From the NCBI GenBank assembly GCA_043228905.1, contig JBHGNT010000004.1, forward strand, positions 6,572,001-6,636,000: DNA of 64,000 nucleotides, read 5' to 3'. A model generated the notes under the pieces. The model saw only the letters and a program-made list of their open reading frames with translations, was not told the DNA's origin and did no database searches. This document shows, piece after piece, positions 41,118-51,230 of the stretch. Position 1 is the first letter of the stretch. Each line of letters opens with the position of its first letter. A program made the translations under genes and the position numbers. The DNA comes from Azolla caroliniana. Lineage: Eukaryota; Plantae; Polypodiophyta.

Positions 41118-43295
41118 CTAACCGGTTGAATAGCTCCTCGCGGCGTCCAACTCCCCGCGGTCAGCCACGATCTTTCCGACGCACCCGTACCGGCATATCA
41201 CGTCCTCGATCAGGAACCGACACACGGCCGTGGTCGTTTTGTTCTGCAGGGCTCGGCCTTCCACCTGATTCGTCAGGTCCTCTCGGGCCAGCACCAGATA
41301 TCGCATCTGCCCTACGCCCATCGACATCATCACCAAATCTACCATCCATTTGAAGTGGATGGCCGGAGGGTAAGTGGGGTGAAGCTCGTCCCGATGTCTG
41401 ACTATGGAGTGCATCTGACAGCTCTCACAAGTTGTCACGAACCGATGCACGTCCCGGTACAGTCCCGACCACCAGTACTTCCCCTTTAGTTTCTCAAACG
41501 TGGCCCACGTCCCACGGTGTCCAACCCAGGGGCTGTCGTGGTAGGCTTTCAACAATTCCTCCTGTTCCTCCTTCATCGCCACTACTCGGAGCGGGATGCC
41601 GTCCCTCTTCTTCGGGTGCTTCCACAAGTATCCGTCTCGGAGAAAGAACCGGTACGCTTTCTTCCGGATCCGGTTGGCCTCGTCCCTTGTCCACGATGCG
41701 TCCGGCATCATTGTCCTTAAGAATCCCCCAATCTGCAGCCACTCCCCGTCGTACTTGCTCTCGTTGAAATCGTTGAGCGCCGGAGTGCTTCCCCCCTCGG
41801 TTGTTACGTAAGCCGCCTCGAAGAAGTCTACGCCGACTTCCTTGTCCTCCGAAACCATGCCGCCCTCGTCGTTGAATCTCGCCCTCGAAAGCATGTCGGC
41901 CATGGCATTGTCTTTCCCGGAAATGTGTCTTATTTCCGGATCCAGGGACTTGATGTACGCTATCCACCTGAGCATTGCCAGGTTCGGGGTTGCGCATCCG
42001 GAAACCATGCCGAGGATCGACAGGCAGTCCGTCTCGATAATTACCTCTGTCCCGATCAGATAGTCTTTATCGGCCTTTACCGCCGAAACGATACCCCAGG
42101 GTTCGCGTTTAACCTGGGCGTATCCTCGCTGTCGCTCGCTGAGGACCTTCGCGCCGAACCGGATCGGGAACCGAATACCGTCCTCATCTTCTTGGTTGAC
42201 GACCCATCCGATCCCGGTTGGACTTGTATCTACCGTTATGTAGATGGGGGTGCCTTTCTCGTAGACAGCCTTCCGGAGTGCCGGAGCCGCAACAAGAGCC
42301 TCCTTCATCTTTCGTACCGACTCCGTATGCTCGTCTCGCCACTCGAATTTTCGCCCCTTTTTTAGCAACCCGTATAGCGGCTCGACAACGTGGGCATAAT
42401 GCTGGATCCATATGTGGTAGAACGCGCATGCTCCCAAGAACCTTCGTACCTCGGTGACCGAGTTACAGTCGGGCTTCATTGCGGAGATGGCTTCTACCTT
42501 TGCTGGAGACGGTTTCCGGCCATACGGTCTGCATAGATGTCCGACGACCATGATCTCTGATTGCCCAAAGGCCGATTTTTCCCCTGAGAAGGTGAGCCTC
42601 GCGTCCTCTAGCCTCTGCAACACCTTCTCGCAGTCGTCAGTGTGTGTCGTCACGAATTTCCGGCATCCGTCCGGTCTGATCGTTTCGTCCCTTTCCTCCA
42701 CCGGACATCCCTTGATTGGGATGTCGTCCAAGAATGGCATGGTGACGTCCGGGATACAATCCCTCAACACCTTGTTCATCGCATTCACCATGTGGGCCAC
42801 CAAGTTCATCCCTCCTTGCGGCAGGGTGCACATCCGCACTAGGCCGAGAGGAGTCCGCATCGTCGTAATGTCTCTGCTCTCTATGGCTAGTTGGAACTGA
42901 TCGTACCCCGAGTATAGATCACCGACCGAGTAGATCGACCTTCCGGCGAAGGCCTCCGCGAACTCGTCTATCGTTGGTCCGATTCCTGCGTTCCGAATGG
43001 TCACTCTGTTGACCGGCTGCAGGTCTTGAATGAAGTGCAACGTCCTGTTCTTCTTCGGTACAGTAAACCACCGGTTCGAGTACGGGGCACTCGACGGTTC
43101 GAGGATGCCCATATCGACTTTCTGCCTCAATAGCTCCATCAGCTTCGGGATGTGAGCTCTTGGTACCGAAATTGGCTTCAGATTCCATGGTACATGCGGT
43201 ACCGTGAATATCACCATCGGCTTCACGACTGTCAGGTCTATGCACCCGATTTCTTCCGGCGAGAATGCGAAGGCTTTCCCGTGCCTTTCGAGCAT
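41118..43295 (-). CDS. Element C pol: reverse transcriptase, RNase H, integrase core
   Basis: 725-aa ORF with RWFTVPKK, DLYSGYDQ, LPQG, FLDD, VDTSPTGIG, NAMADMLSR, H..H..C..C and VADRGE. It frameshifts near 41140. Confidence 0.9.
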   Translation of the reverse strand: MLERHGKAFAFSPEEIGCIDLTVVKPMVIFTVPHVPWNLKPISVPRAHIPKLMELLRQKVDMGILEPSSAPYSNRWFTVPKKNRTLHFIQDLQPVNRVTIRNAGIGPTIDEFAEAFAGRSIYSVGDLYSGYDQFQLAIESRDITTMRTPLGLVRMCTLPQGGMNLVAHMVNAMNKVLRDCIPDVTMPFLDDIPIKGCPVEERDETIRPDGCRKFVTTHTDDCEKVLQRLEDARLTFSGEKSAFGQSEIMVVGHLCRPYGRKPSPAKVEAISAMKPDCNSVTEVRRFLGACAFYHIWIQHYAHVVEPLYGLLKKGRKFEWRDEHTESVRKMKEALVAAPALRKAVYEKGTPIYITVDTSPTGIGWVVNQEDEDGIRFPIRFGAKVLSERQRGYAQVKREPWGIVSAVKADKDYLIGTEVIIETDCLSILGMVSGCATPNLAMLRWIAYIKSLDPEIRHISGKDNAMADMLSRARFNDEGGMVSEDKEVGVDFFEAAYVTTEGGSTPALNDFNESKYDGEWLQIGGFLRTMMPDASWTRDEANRIRKKAYRFFLRDGYLWKHPKKRDGIPLRVVAMKEEQEELLKAYHDSPWVGHRGTWATFEKLKGKYWWSGLYRDVHRFVTTCESCQMHSIVRHRDELHPTYPPAIHFKWMVDLVMMSMGVGQMRYLVLAREDLTNQVEGRALQNKTTTAVCRFLIEDVICRYGCVGKIVADRGELDAARSYSTG

Positions 43296-43902
43296 TCTCC
43301 GAAACCGGTCTTCTTCCGCCGGCAGTAGGAACCCGCCCCCACCGATTTTGAGCTCCCGTAGCGTTCTGTCGGTGAAGGTGTGTCCTATGCAGGCCGGATC
43401 ACGTAAACTGGGGTCGGTCTGACGCGACCCCTTCGATCCGCAACTCGCTGCCCTCCGGTAAGGTTGCCGCGACTGGCCTTACCTTCCGGTCCACAGTCTT
43501 GTACTTCGTGTTAACCCAGGCCGTCCGATCCGACTCGAGCCCCCGACTGAAGTCCGCGATGACTCCATACATCTCTTCTGAACAAACCGGTATCGTCCGG
43601 TCTTCTTTAAGGCCCTCTCCGACCATCTCTCGCAGTATTCCCAAGGTATCGTCGAAGGAGACCGCCTCCACGGCTCCGTTGATTTCCTCGCTGGGAATCG
43701 AGAACTCTGCACGCCCGAAGTCGCTCTTCCGCCCTTGTCTTTTCTCGACCTACGACGCCGACTATCGTACACCCTCCGTTGTCGGAGAAACAAAACTTCC
43801 TACTTATGGTACAAGGATTCTTTGCTTTCGATTTTATCGTACATTTGTGGGGTTTTCCCGGAGTGTCCGGACTGTCGCGGCCCCACGCCTTGGCAACCCT
43901 CT

Positions 43903-46055
43903 CTAAAAATCCTCTCGGTTCTCGCCACCGAGGGACTCGCGGTTTCGCTCGTGGTTGGGTCGTACCGTCAGGAACTGGACCGAATGATGCCCGTCCTGGC
44001 TCTTGACCCTCGCGTAAGCCGACCCGTTGTCCAGCGCCTTGGTCTCCATTCGCGCCGCCGTAATGTATGGATCCCTTGAATGACTGGGTGCGAGGACGTT
44101 TCCTGCACAAAGAAGTGCTGGTCTATTTCGACGTCGCCGATCTTGACTCGCACGTTTGGGCAGGCCCCGTGTAGTTCCTCGGTGGCGCGCGTCGCCGCCC
44201 GTATCTTCCACCCGTGCTTAGTGTTGATCGGCCACTTCCCCTTTTTGTAGAAGTCCATGGACATCAAGTTTATTTCCGAACCGTGGTCCACTAGTGCCAC
44301 CACCGGTTCCTGAACATCTCCGATTTTCACCGGGGTTTCCGTGGTCGCTCGGGCCCAGTGTGGCCTTGAATAGTGGCTCTCCGCCCACTCGTCTTCCAGC
44401 ACCATGTCCTCTATGTGCGCCGTTCGCACTTCCACCGGCCTGTCCGGTTCTACCTCCGTCGACAGCCTCTTTCTCTTCACCAAGTCCACGATGGAGTCGT
44501 GGAATTCCTTCCTGGCTATCCCGAGCACCTCTCGCAAAGACAGTTCCACCTTGCTGTCGAGGATTCGTTCTTCCAGGACCTTTCGTAGGTTCGTGGTCCT
44601 TTCGATCTCCGTGCCCAATCGGTATCCGCCCTTCTTGTGGCTATCCCGGGCACTGGACTCGCCGGCCTCGTTCTGTTTCGGCCCGAATCGGGTTTCGTAT
44701 CTCTGTGAGGGTCCGGCCCCTCCGTTTTTACCTACCCGTTTGTCTTCAACCAGAGCCTCGTAGTTCTGGCAAGCTGCTTCGACGAAACCCGTCTTTTCTT
44801 CGACCGGGTCACTCCACCCGGTTACCTCCTGGACCCGCTTCTCTGCGCGGTCCACCTCGTCTCTCTTTAGTCGGGCACCGGCGAGGCCTTCCAACACCGT
44901 CGGCCAGAATTCGGCTTTGCTCTCCTTTCGGGCCCCGCTGCCCCCGATCCGAATACCGGCTGACGCTGAGTAGTGGACAGTCTCCGCGTGCCGGGCTGCC
45001 GCCTCTTCCATCAGCCTTTTCATTCCTCCTCTCTCGTCGTTTCGGTTCAGGGCCCTCCGGGTATCGCTGGCGTGCACCCGACCTTCCCACAGGTACACTA
45101 CCTGGCTTCTCAAAGCCTCCATAAAGTCCCTGCAGTCTTTCTGGATGTGGCCGACCTCGTTGCACCACATGCACCTACTCCCTGCCGGAGGCCGTCGGTC
45201 ATGAGCCTAATCGCCGCCTTCCCTCCGAGCTTGGGCGATTTGGAGATCCTTTACCGCTCGTGTCAACTCCTCTAGAGCCATTCCCTCGGACGAGCCTCTG
45301 ATCATGCCGATCGAAGACGAACCGGTTTCGAGCCACTCCCGGGTCTCTTCCCTTCGTGCCTGCGGTATCGGCTCGAGCTTCCTTGCTGCGACAGGTCCCG
45401 CCCCTGTTGCCTTTGTATCAGTCCACTCCCACCGTTTGTCAAAACGGCCGCAGACTCTCTTTACCGGGGCCTAGTCGGTTGTCAGGCCGTCTTCGGTTTC
45501 CAGTAAGGAGCCAACTTGCCCCCGATCCCGTGTGTCAACCGATTTGACAAACAGTAGGACACGATTTGTGTCCAGAACAGTCCGATCGAGCGCCAAAAGG
45601 CGCGCAAAGCGTTCCTCAAACTCCCGGAGGAGTACCGACGCATTTCTTCCTTTGTTGGGGGACTCCACCCACTCCATGAAGCTCCGCTTCGAAAGTCGAA
45701 GCGCGTCATCCAGCCCGTATTTCTCCAGGAGCCGTCCTTCGAACTCTTCCCAAGTCCGGCTCTCCGCCCGGACCTCGAGCACCTCTGCATGGATGCCCGG
45801 CATCACCACTCGAGGTAATCCGGCAAGACGCCTCTCTTCCGGAATATCCCTCATCAACATCTCCGCCCGGTAGGACGCCAAATAACTCGTGGCGTCCTTT
45901 CCACTGAACCGGCCGATCGTACCGACGATCGCCTCAATAGCCTTGTCAAGGGCGCCGGTGCCTTCGCGAGCGCTCACTATCTGGTCCACGGCCGAAGCCA
46001 TGGCCTCTGCAAGATCCGACCCCCTCATCTTCTGCTCCTCTGCCGCCTGTTTCAT
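43903..46055 (-). pseudogene. Element C gag + zinc knuckle + aspartic protease (interrupted frames)
   Basis: ORFs 45471-46055 (gag, RFSGKDATSYL), 43968-45170 (CNEVGHIQKDC; LVDHGSEIN) and 43903-44211 (PYITAARMET). Confidence 0.85.
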
Positions 46056-46068
46056 GTCGGGTTCACTA
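46051..46068 (-). promoter_or_regulatory. Primer binding site of C, tRNA-Trp type (2 G>A changes)
   Basis: The minus strand reads tagtgaacccgacatgaa, 4 nt after the LTR, versus tggtgaacccgacgtgaa in D. Confidence 0.75.
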
Positions 46069-46713
46069 AAAATGTCGCGTTATTACGCGCGTGCGTGGAG
46101 AAACGAGGCGGGACCACCGAGGTCTTGAACCGAAGGGCAGGTGATAGAAGGGGAAAGAGAAGGAGAGAGACGCCCGATCACGTATGAGCAAAGAAACACA
46201 GGGGCGTGGCCCGTCAACAAAAAGACGCGAATGGACACAGAGACAGGGAGAGACAAGTGTTTGTATATTAACGAATAATAATTACACAGCAGAACACGCG
46301 AGCGGCTACGACCGAACAGGCCGGCGAACAGATGCCGATGCCTGTTCGTCTGCGCACGAAATGGGGATAGGATGGAGGTGCTGCCGGAAGCACACGGGCG
46401 TTCCTCGAAGCAGCGCGAGCCTCCCGAAACCTGCAGAAAAGAGCAACAGAGAACAGACAGAGGAGAAGCGTTCGGTTCCGGTCCGACATCACTTCGTCCT
46501 CCCCCATCCCCTTCCCCCTGCGTCTCCCTCTCCTTTATAGCGTCAAGAGGGGAGCCGTCTCCCTCATTTACTTCCTACCTACCGAATCTAACTACCCCGG
46601 ATCTCTCCCTGTACCTAATTCTCTATTATATACACTAAGAGCGCGCACACGTGAAGGGCCGGTTCATGTGCGCTATTCACCGATTGCGCCAAGGGACGGT
46701 TTTCTTCATGACA

Positions 46714-47376
46714 TCCGCCCCCACCTAACCGCGCATCCACCGGTATGCGCCAAAATCGGGTTCTGGTTGGAGAAAAACGGCCCGGGTTCCGGTTCCTTGT
46801 CCATTTGTTCGTCCTCCGGCTCGGACTGATCATAGTCGTTGTCCAGGCCTCTTAGATCCGGTTCGCCGTCGTGGCACTTCTTGAACGCTTTGATCCGCTT
46901 TCCCGCCATTGGTATCGCCATCCTCGTACCGTCGAGTTCCGCCAGGTGATACGTCCCGTTGTCGTTGGCGCCCGTTACCACGTAAGGCCCGAACCACCGC
47001 TTTGTAAACTTCCGTGCTGCTCGGTGCTGGTTGTCGAGGCTGCTGTCGTAGACTAGCACGCCTTCCTCGATTCTCTTCGGTCTGAGCCGGTGCGTTCGGT
47101 CGAACCGGGCTTTGTTCTTCATCCTCGCCGTCCGAAGTCTCTCCGCCGCTCGTTCCACGTCCTCTGGCCTCCGCTCGAGCTGCCGTATACGCGCCGCTAG
47201 AAGTTCTTCCCGACTCATTTCGTCACTCCAGTCTACTGTCGCCCAGGAGGAGATCGTCCATTCCATCGGCATGATCGACTTTTGTCCGAACATGAGCTCT
47301 GACGGCATGAACCCAGTTACCGAACTGTGCGTTGTCCGGTCCGCCCACAAGGCATAAGGTAACTGTTACCGGCCGG
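46714..47376 (-). repeat. Second copy of C integrase C-terminus + PPT + 13 bp of solo LTR S1
   Basis: Near-identical to 39897-40565. Confidence 0.92.
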
Positions 47377-47626
47377 ATCTCTCCCTGTACCTACTTCTCT
47401 ATTATATACACTAAGAGCGCGCACACGTGAAGGGCCGGTTCATGTGCGCTATTCACCGATTGCACCAAGGGACGGTTTTCTTCACGACAACGTGTCCGAA
47501 AACCGATGCGAAAAAGTTATACCGAAACGATCCAGATAACATTTCTTCTCTCACTGCTCCTTGGTTTGAGACCCTGGTGGTCCCGCCTTGTTTCAACACA
47601 CACCCGCGGAAAACTACGACATCTCT

Positions 47627-47644
47627 TGGTGAACCCGACGTGAA
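47627..47644 (+). promoter_or_regulatory. Primer binding site of D, complementary to the tRNA-Trp 3' end
   Basis: tggtgaacccgacgtgaa is the reverse complement of TTCACGTCGGGTTCACCA, the plant cytosolic tRNA-Trp 3' end as recalled from memory. Confidence 0.8.
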
Positions 47645-49619
47645 AGGGAGCGGCAAAGGAGTTCAAGATGAGGGGGAGGGAGCTTCTAAAGCAATGGCGG
47701 TGGCTGTCAACCACATGGTGAATGCTCGTGAAAGCGTGGTGTCGCGGAAATCCGCGTGTGTGTGTTAGATCGGGCGGGACCATTGGGGTCACAGACCAGG
47801 GAGAGATGGTTGCCGAAAGGCCGATTTCTCTAGGCCGGTTACACCGGCTATAGCACCAACCGGGATGATTCCAGATGCAAGCCAGAAACAACCAAATCAG
47901 AGAGATTTGTATGCGATCGGATGGGTCCGGATGCGTTCTAGAAGCAACCAGATTGAAGAGAGGGAAAGCACGCTCACGCACACCGGCTCTTTGCACCCTC
48001 TTATATACAAATCGACGAGTCTCTAGACCAAAAGAGGAGACATGTCGCGACATAGAACGACCCAACACACACACATCACAACACATGCAGATGTGGGATA
48101 AAAGACACTAAAGGCACCGATGCTGACATAGATACACAAAAGCTTTCTTATATGTATGTATCCATATTACAAGAAAAATTACAATGCCGGTTACGAGCTA
48201 GTTCGATTCCAAAGAGGCAAGGGAATCATCCGCAAGCAAGCTCCAGTCGGGGAGCACACAGGCTCACCTACGCGAGTGGGGCCTTGCACTGGACACGGCC
48301 TTCCCGCCGAAAACATAGCAGCCGTCAGCCGCCAAGACACTAATCAAGGAGCACATGAGCTCGCCTACGCAAATGGGGTCTTGCACAGAAGACGAAACTG
48401 CGAATCAGAACCTCAGAGCACACGAACTAGGCAAACCCTAGCAGAGATGAAGCAACAAACCCTAATAGAGGAAACTAACAAGACTTCACTCAAAAGAGAA
48501 ACCCCACCCACATGATGACGATGAAGAAGGCCTAAATGAACCCTAAAAGAAAGTAAGAAGAAGAGAGAACTAACATACCCTAGATCTAAGTGGTATACCC
48601 TCCTAACTCGAAATGGGAAAACCTCATACAAGAGACCCTCTCTTCCTTTTATAGCACAAGGAGGGAAAGGCATTACAATGTGGGATAAATCCCCTTTTAT
48701 TTTATACACATTTTTTAATGTCTATGTGCACACGGTGCACATTGCTGACTTTGCCCATTCCACCCGGTTTTCTCACCGTAGTTGGAAATGTTCACGACAT
48801 CCACCCTCACCAAACCGCACATCCACTAGAATGTGCCTAGAAAGGGAAAGAAGGTGAGAGAATTCCAGCGAAGGTGATCAACCTGGTTCTCCATCGTTCC
48901 GACACCTGCTTGTCGTGTTGTTGGCCTCTATTGGTCCTGAACCGTCAACTTTCGGGTTGTCTTCCTTTTCGGTTTGCAATTGCCTCTTCGTAGGCTCAAT
49001 CCAACCTCCATTGTCGGTCACTCACCGTGGCTCCTCCGAATGCATGCTTGTCCTTTGGTCCTTGAGCAACCATATGCATGCCTCTTGCTCTGTCCTTTGT
49101 GTGCCTTCCCACGAAGGCACACTTCCTTCCCGACACCTGTGTCAGTCGTCCATTTCGGTGTCCTCCGTAGTGTTCAATACGTTGCTCTGCCCGAGGACCA
49201 CCTCCTTTCACCGGCCCGCTTGCCCCCCATCGTTCTCTGCAATGCCTTCATTGCTTGTTCGGTGCCGTCGTCCCCTCGCCACCACCTTCCTTCTCCTTGG
49301 TCTTACGTTGCCGCGTCGGTTGAACTGCGGAGGTCTCTAGAACCGGTGTGGAGGATCCCTCTCGGGCCTTCTTCTCTTGACGCCACTGACCTATGCAATC
49401 TGTCTTCACGTCCACGCACTCGTCCCGGCACTACCGTGTGTCGTCCTCTCCTTCTCGACCTCGCCTCTCGAAAGGCTCGGTCCGACCACCTCCTCGGCTC
49501 AGCACCATCCCATGCCGAACTTTGGTTCTCTCCTACGTGCTTGTTCCTTGACCCTTAGTGGCCATACGCATGTCCTTCAATTCACCTAAGTGCATGCCCT
49601 TTTCAGGCGGGCACGCCGT

Positions 49620-50411
49620 TGTCGTGCAGATTCCAGGCCATCGGGGAAACGTTGCCAAATGCATGGGAACGCGGGTGTGCACAAGTGCGCCCCCTTTCTT
49701 TTGTACTAATTTATGTAAGTGCTAGGTGTCGGTAGGTTTTGTGGATTACTAGGAAGTTAGGCACTATTAGAGGATTTAATATCGCGTGGGTAGGGGCGCG
49801 GAAACAAAGGTGAGATAGCGAGAGCACATCAAGAAGAGAATCTAGGAGAGAATATCGAGGAGTCATTAAACCGGATGTAATGACTACTCCTTGTGCTATA
49901 AAAGGTGCGGCCTCAGACTGTTTGAGGGATCCCTTTTTTTTCTTGAGAAGCAGAGGACGCTACCGAACAGGAAGAAGTAGCTCGCTCACTCGTTCTCTTC
50001 CGACCCTCTACGACCAAACCTTGGGAGGAACCCTCGGCTCGCGTCAGATGCCCGCACGCTCTCGGCCAGAGGTCCCCTTTTTTCTATGTGTTTGCTCTAG
50101 AGCTCGAAGCTCTGTTCTTGGCTCTAACCGGTTGTATTCCCTGCGCTTCACGCGGGCATCCTAACTACTATTGATGATCTATTCCGTTGCTTTATGTTGT
50201 TTTTTTCCCCTTGTGCTGTTCTCGCGTTGCTATTCTCTCGTACTGCATTGAGTCAGAAACCTATGACCACCTCCTTCCTACTCCTCTTTGTCCGATTCAC
50301 GGTGTTTGTGTGTACACAACTCGCGGGCCTCTTCCTCTGTTCTCGATTCCTTGGTTCAAGACCCCTGTGGTCTTGCCCCGTTTCTACGCATCCGCGCGGA
50401 ATACCGCGACA
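49620..50411 (+). mobile_element. Solo LTR F (792 bp), same lineage as C/D/E
   Basis: tgtcg...gcgaca termini. 4-bp TSD ccgt at 49616-49619 and 50412-50415. Shares the U5 motif ggttcaagacccc.gtggtc. Confidence 0.85.
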
Positions 50412-51230
50412 CCGTGCTCCACTTGGGTGTCCTTGGTAGCCTTTCACGTCGCTACTCATACGGGGATCACCCATGTTCTCCATCCCACTTGGCCCCTATT
50501 ATCTCTGTGCCGCGCTGGTTGGGTTCGGTGCCGTCACTCGTTGTTGCCTTCGTCCCCTTCGTTCCACTGATCATTCCCTTGGTCTCACGTTGCCATGACG
50601 GCTTGAACTCCCCGGGAATCTAGTACATGTGCGGAGGATCCTTCTTTGGCCTTTGATGCCCTTTTCGCATCCAACCCGTGCTATTCGTGCGCCCATCGCT
50701 TCGTTCTTTGGACCCTGCCGATTGGGTTTGTTTCGGTTTACGGCCGCATTGTTAAGAGTCTATTACTAATCAATAGACCAAATCAAGTAAAAAGGAAGAA
50801 AATAGATTGGATAGAAGAACCCGTTCCACCCGACCACCCCCGAGCTATGATCTAGACATAGCCAACCTACCACCGACGTCCCATACCGCCGGATATTAGG
50901 ATGACTAATACCTTGGAAGAGATAAACACGATCGTCGAGACGAAAGCCTAGCCCGCACCACCGGTGTCTACGACAGCAGCCTTCCGACGTGATGATCCTT
51001 ATGAGGGTAGCTAAGCCTCATATTTATATCTTTTCCTAGGCCCCTTAAATAGATGTGCCTTTCTAAAAGGCTCTCTATTCATTGGTTGTCTAAATCATGA
51101 TAGTGCATGCACATATCATTCATTCTATCCAATCATTAGTCCCCTTTTTAATAATAGTGAACATACCCTTCACTAATGTAAATATTAGTGACCTACCCTC
51201 ACCAACGTTATGTGTACATAACATACTCCC

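Larger units (their letters stand above)
39256..47489 (-). mobile_element. Non-chromovirus Ty3/gypsy element C (Selgy/Phygy/Ylt1-like) with three LTR copies
   Basis: LTRs at 39256-39896 and 46073-46713 (641 bp, ~9 differences), plus partial LTR 47373-47489. 4-bp TSD acgt at 39252-39255 and 47490-47493. Domain order is gag-PR-RT-RH-INT. Confidence 0.9.
38679..47739 (+). mobile_element. Ty3/gypsy element D: 5' LTR (38679-39255 + 47490-47621, split by element C), PBS and gag start
   Basis: Termini tgtc...gaca. PBS tggtgaacccgacgtgaa at 47627-47644. The gag start AMAVAVNHMVNARES is homologous to element C gag AMASAVDQIVSARE. Confidence 0.75.

Noticed and set aside
46053-46055. ATG of the 194-aa gag ORF of C
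   Set aside because: It lies inside the PBS and derives from a G>A change (gacgtg>gacatg). The real start is more likely the downstream MRGSDL.
41432-46128. Many overlapping plus-strand ORFs (up to 276 aa) antisense to C
   Set aside because: Expected shadows of a GC-rich coding strand, with no recognisable motifs.
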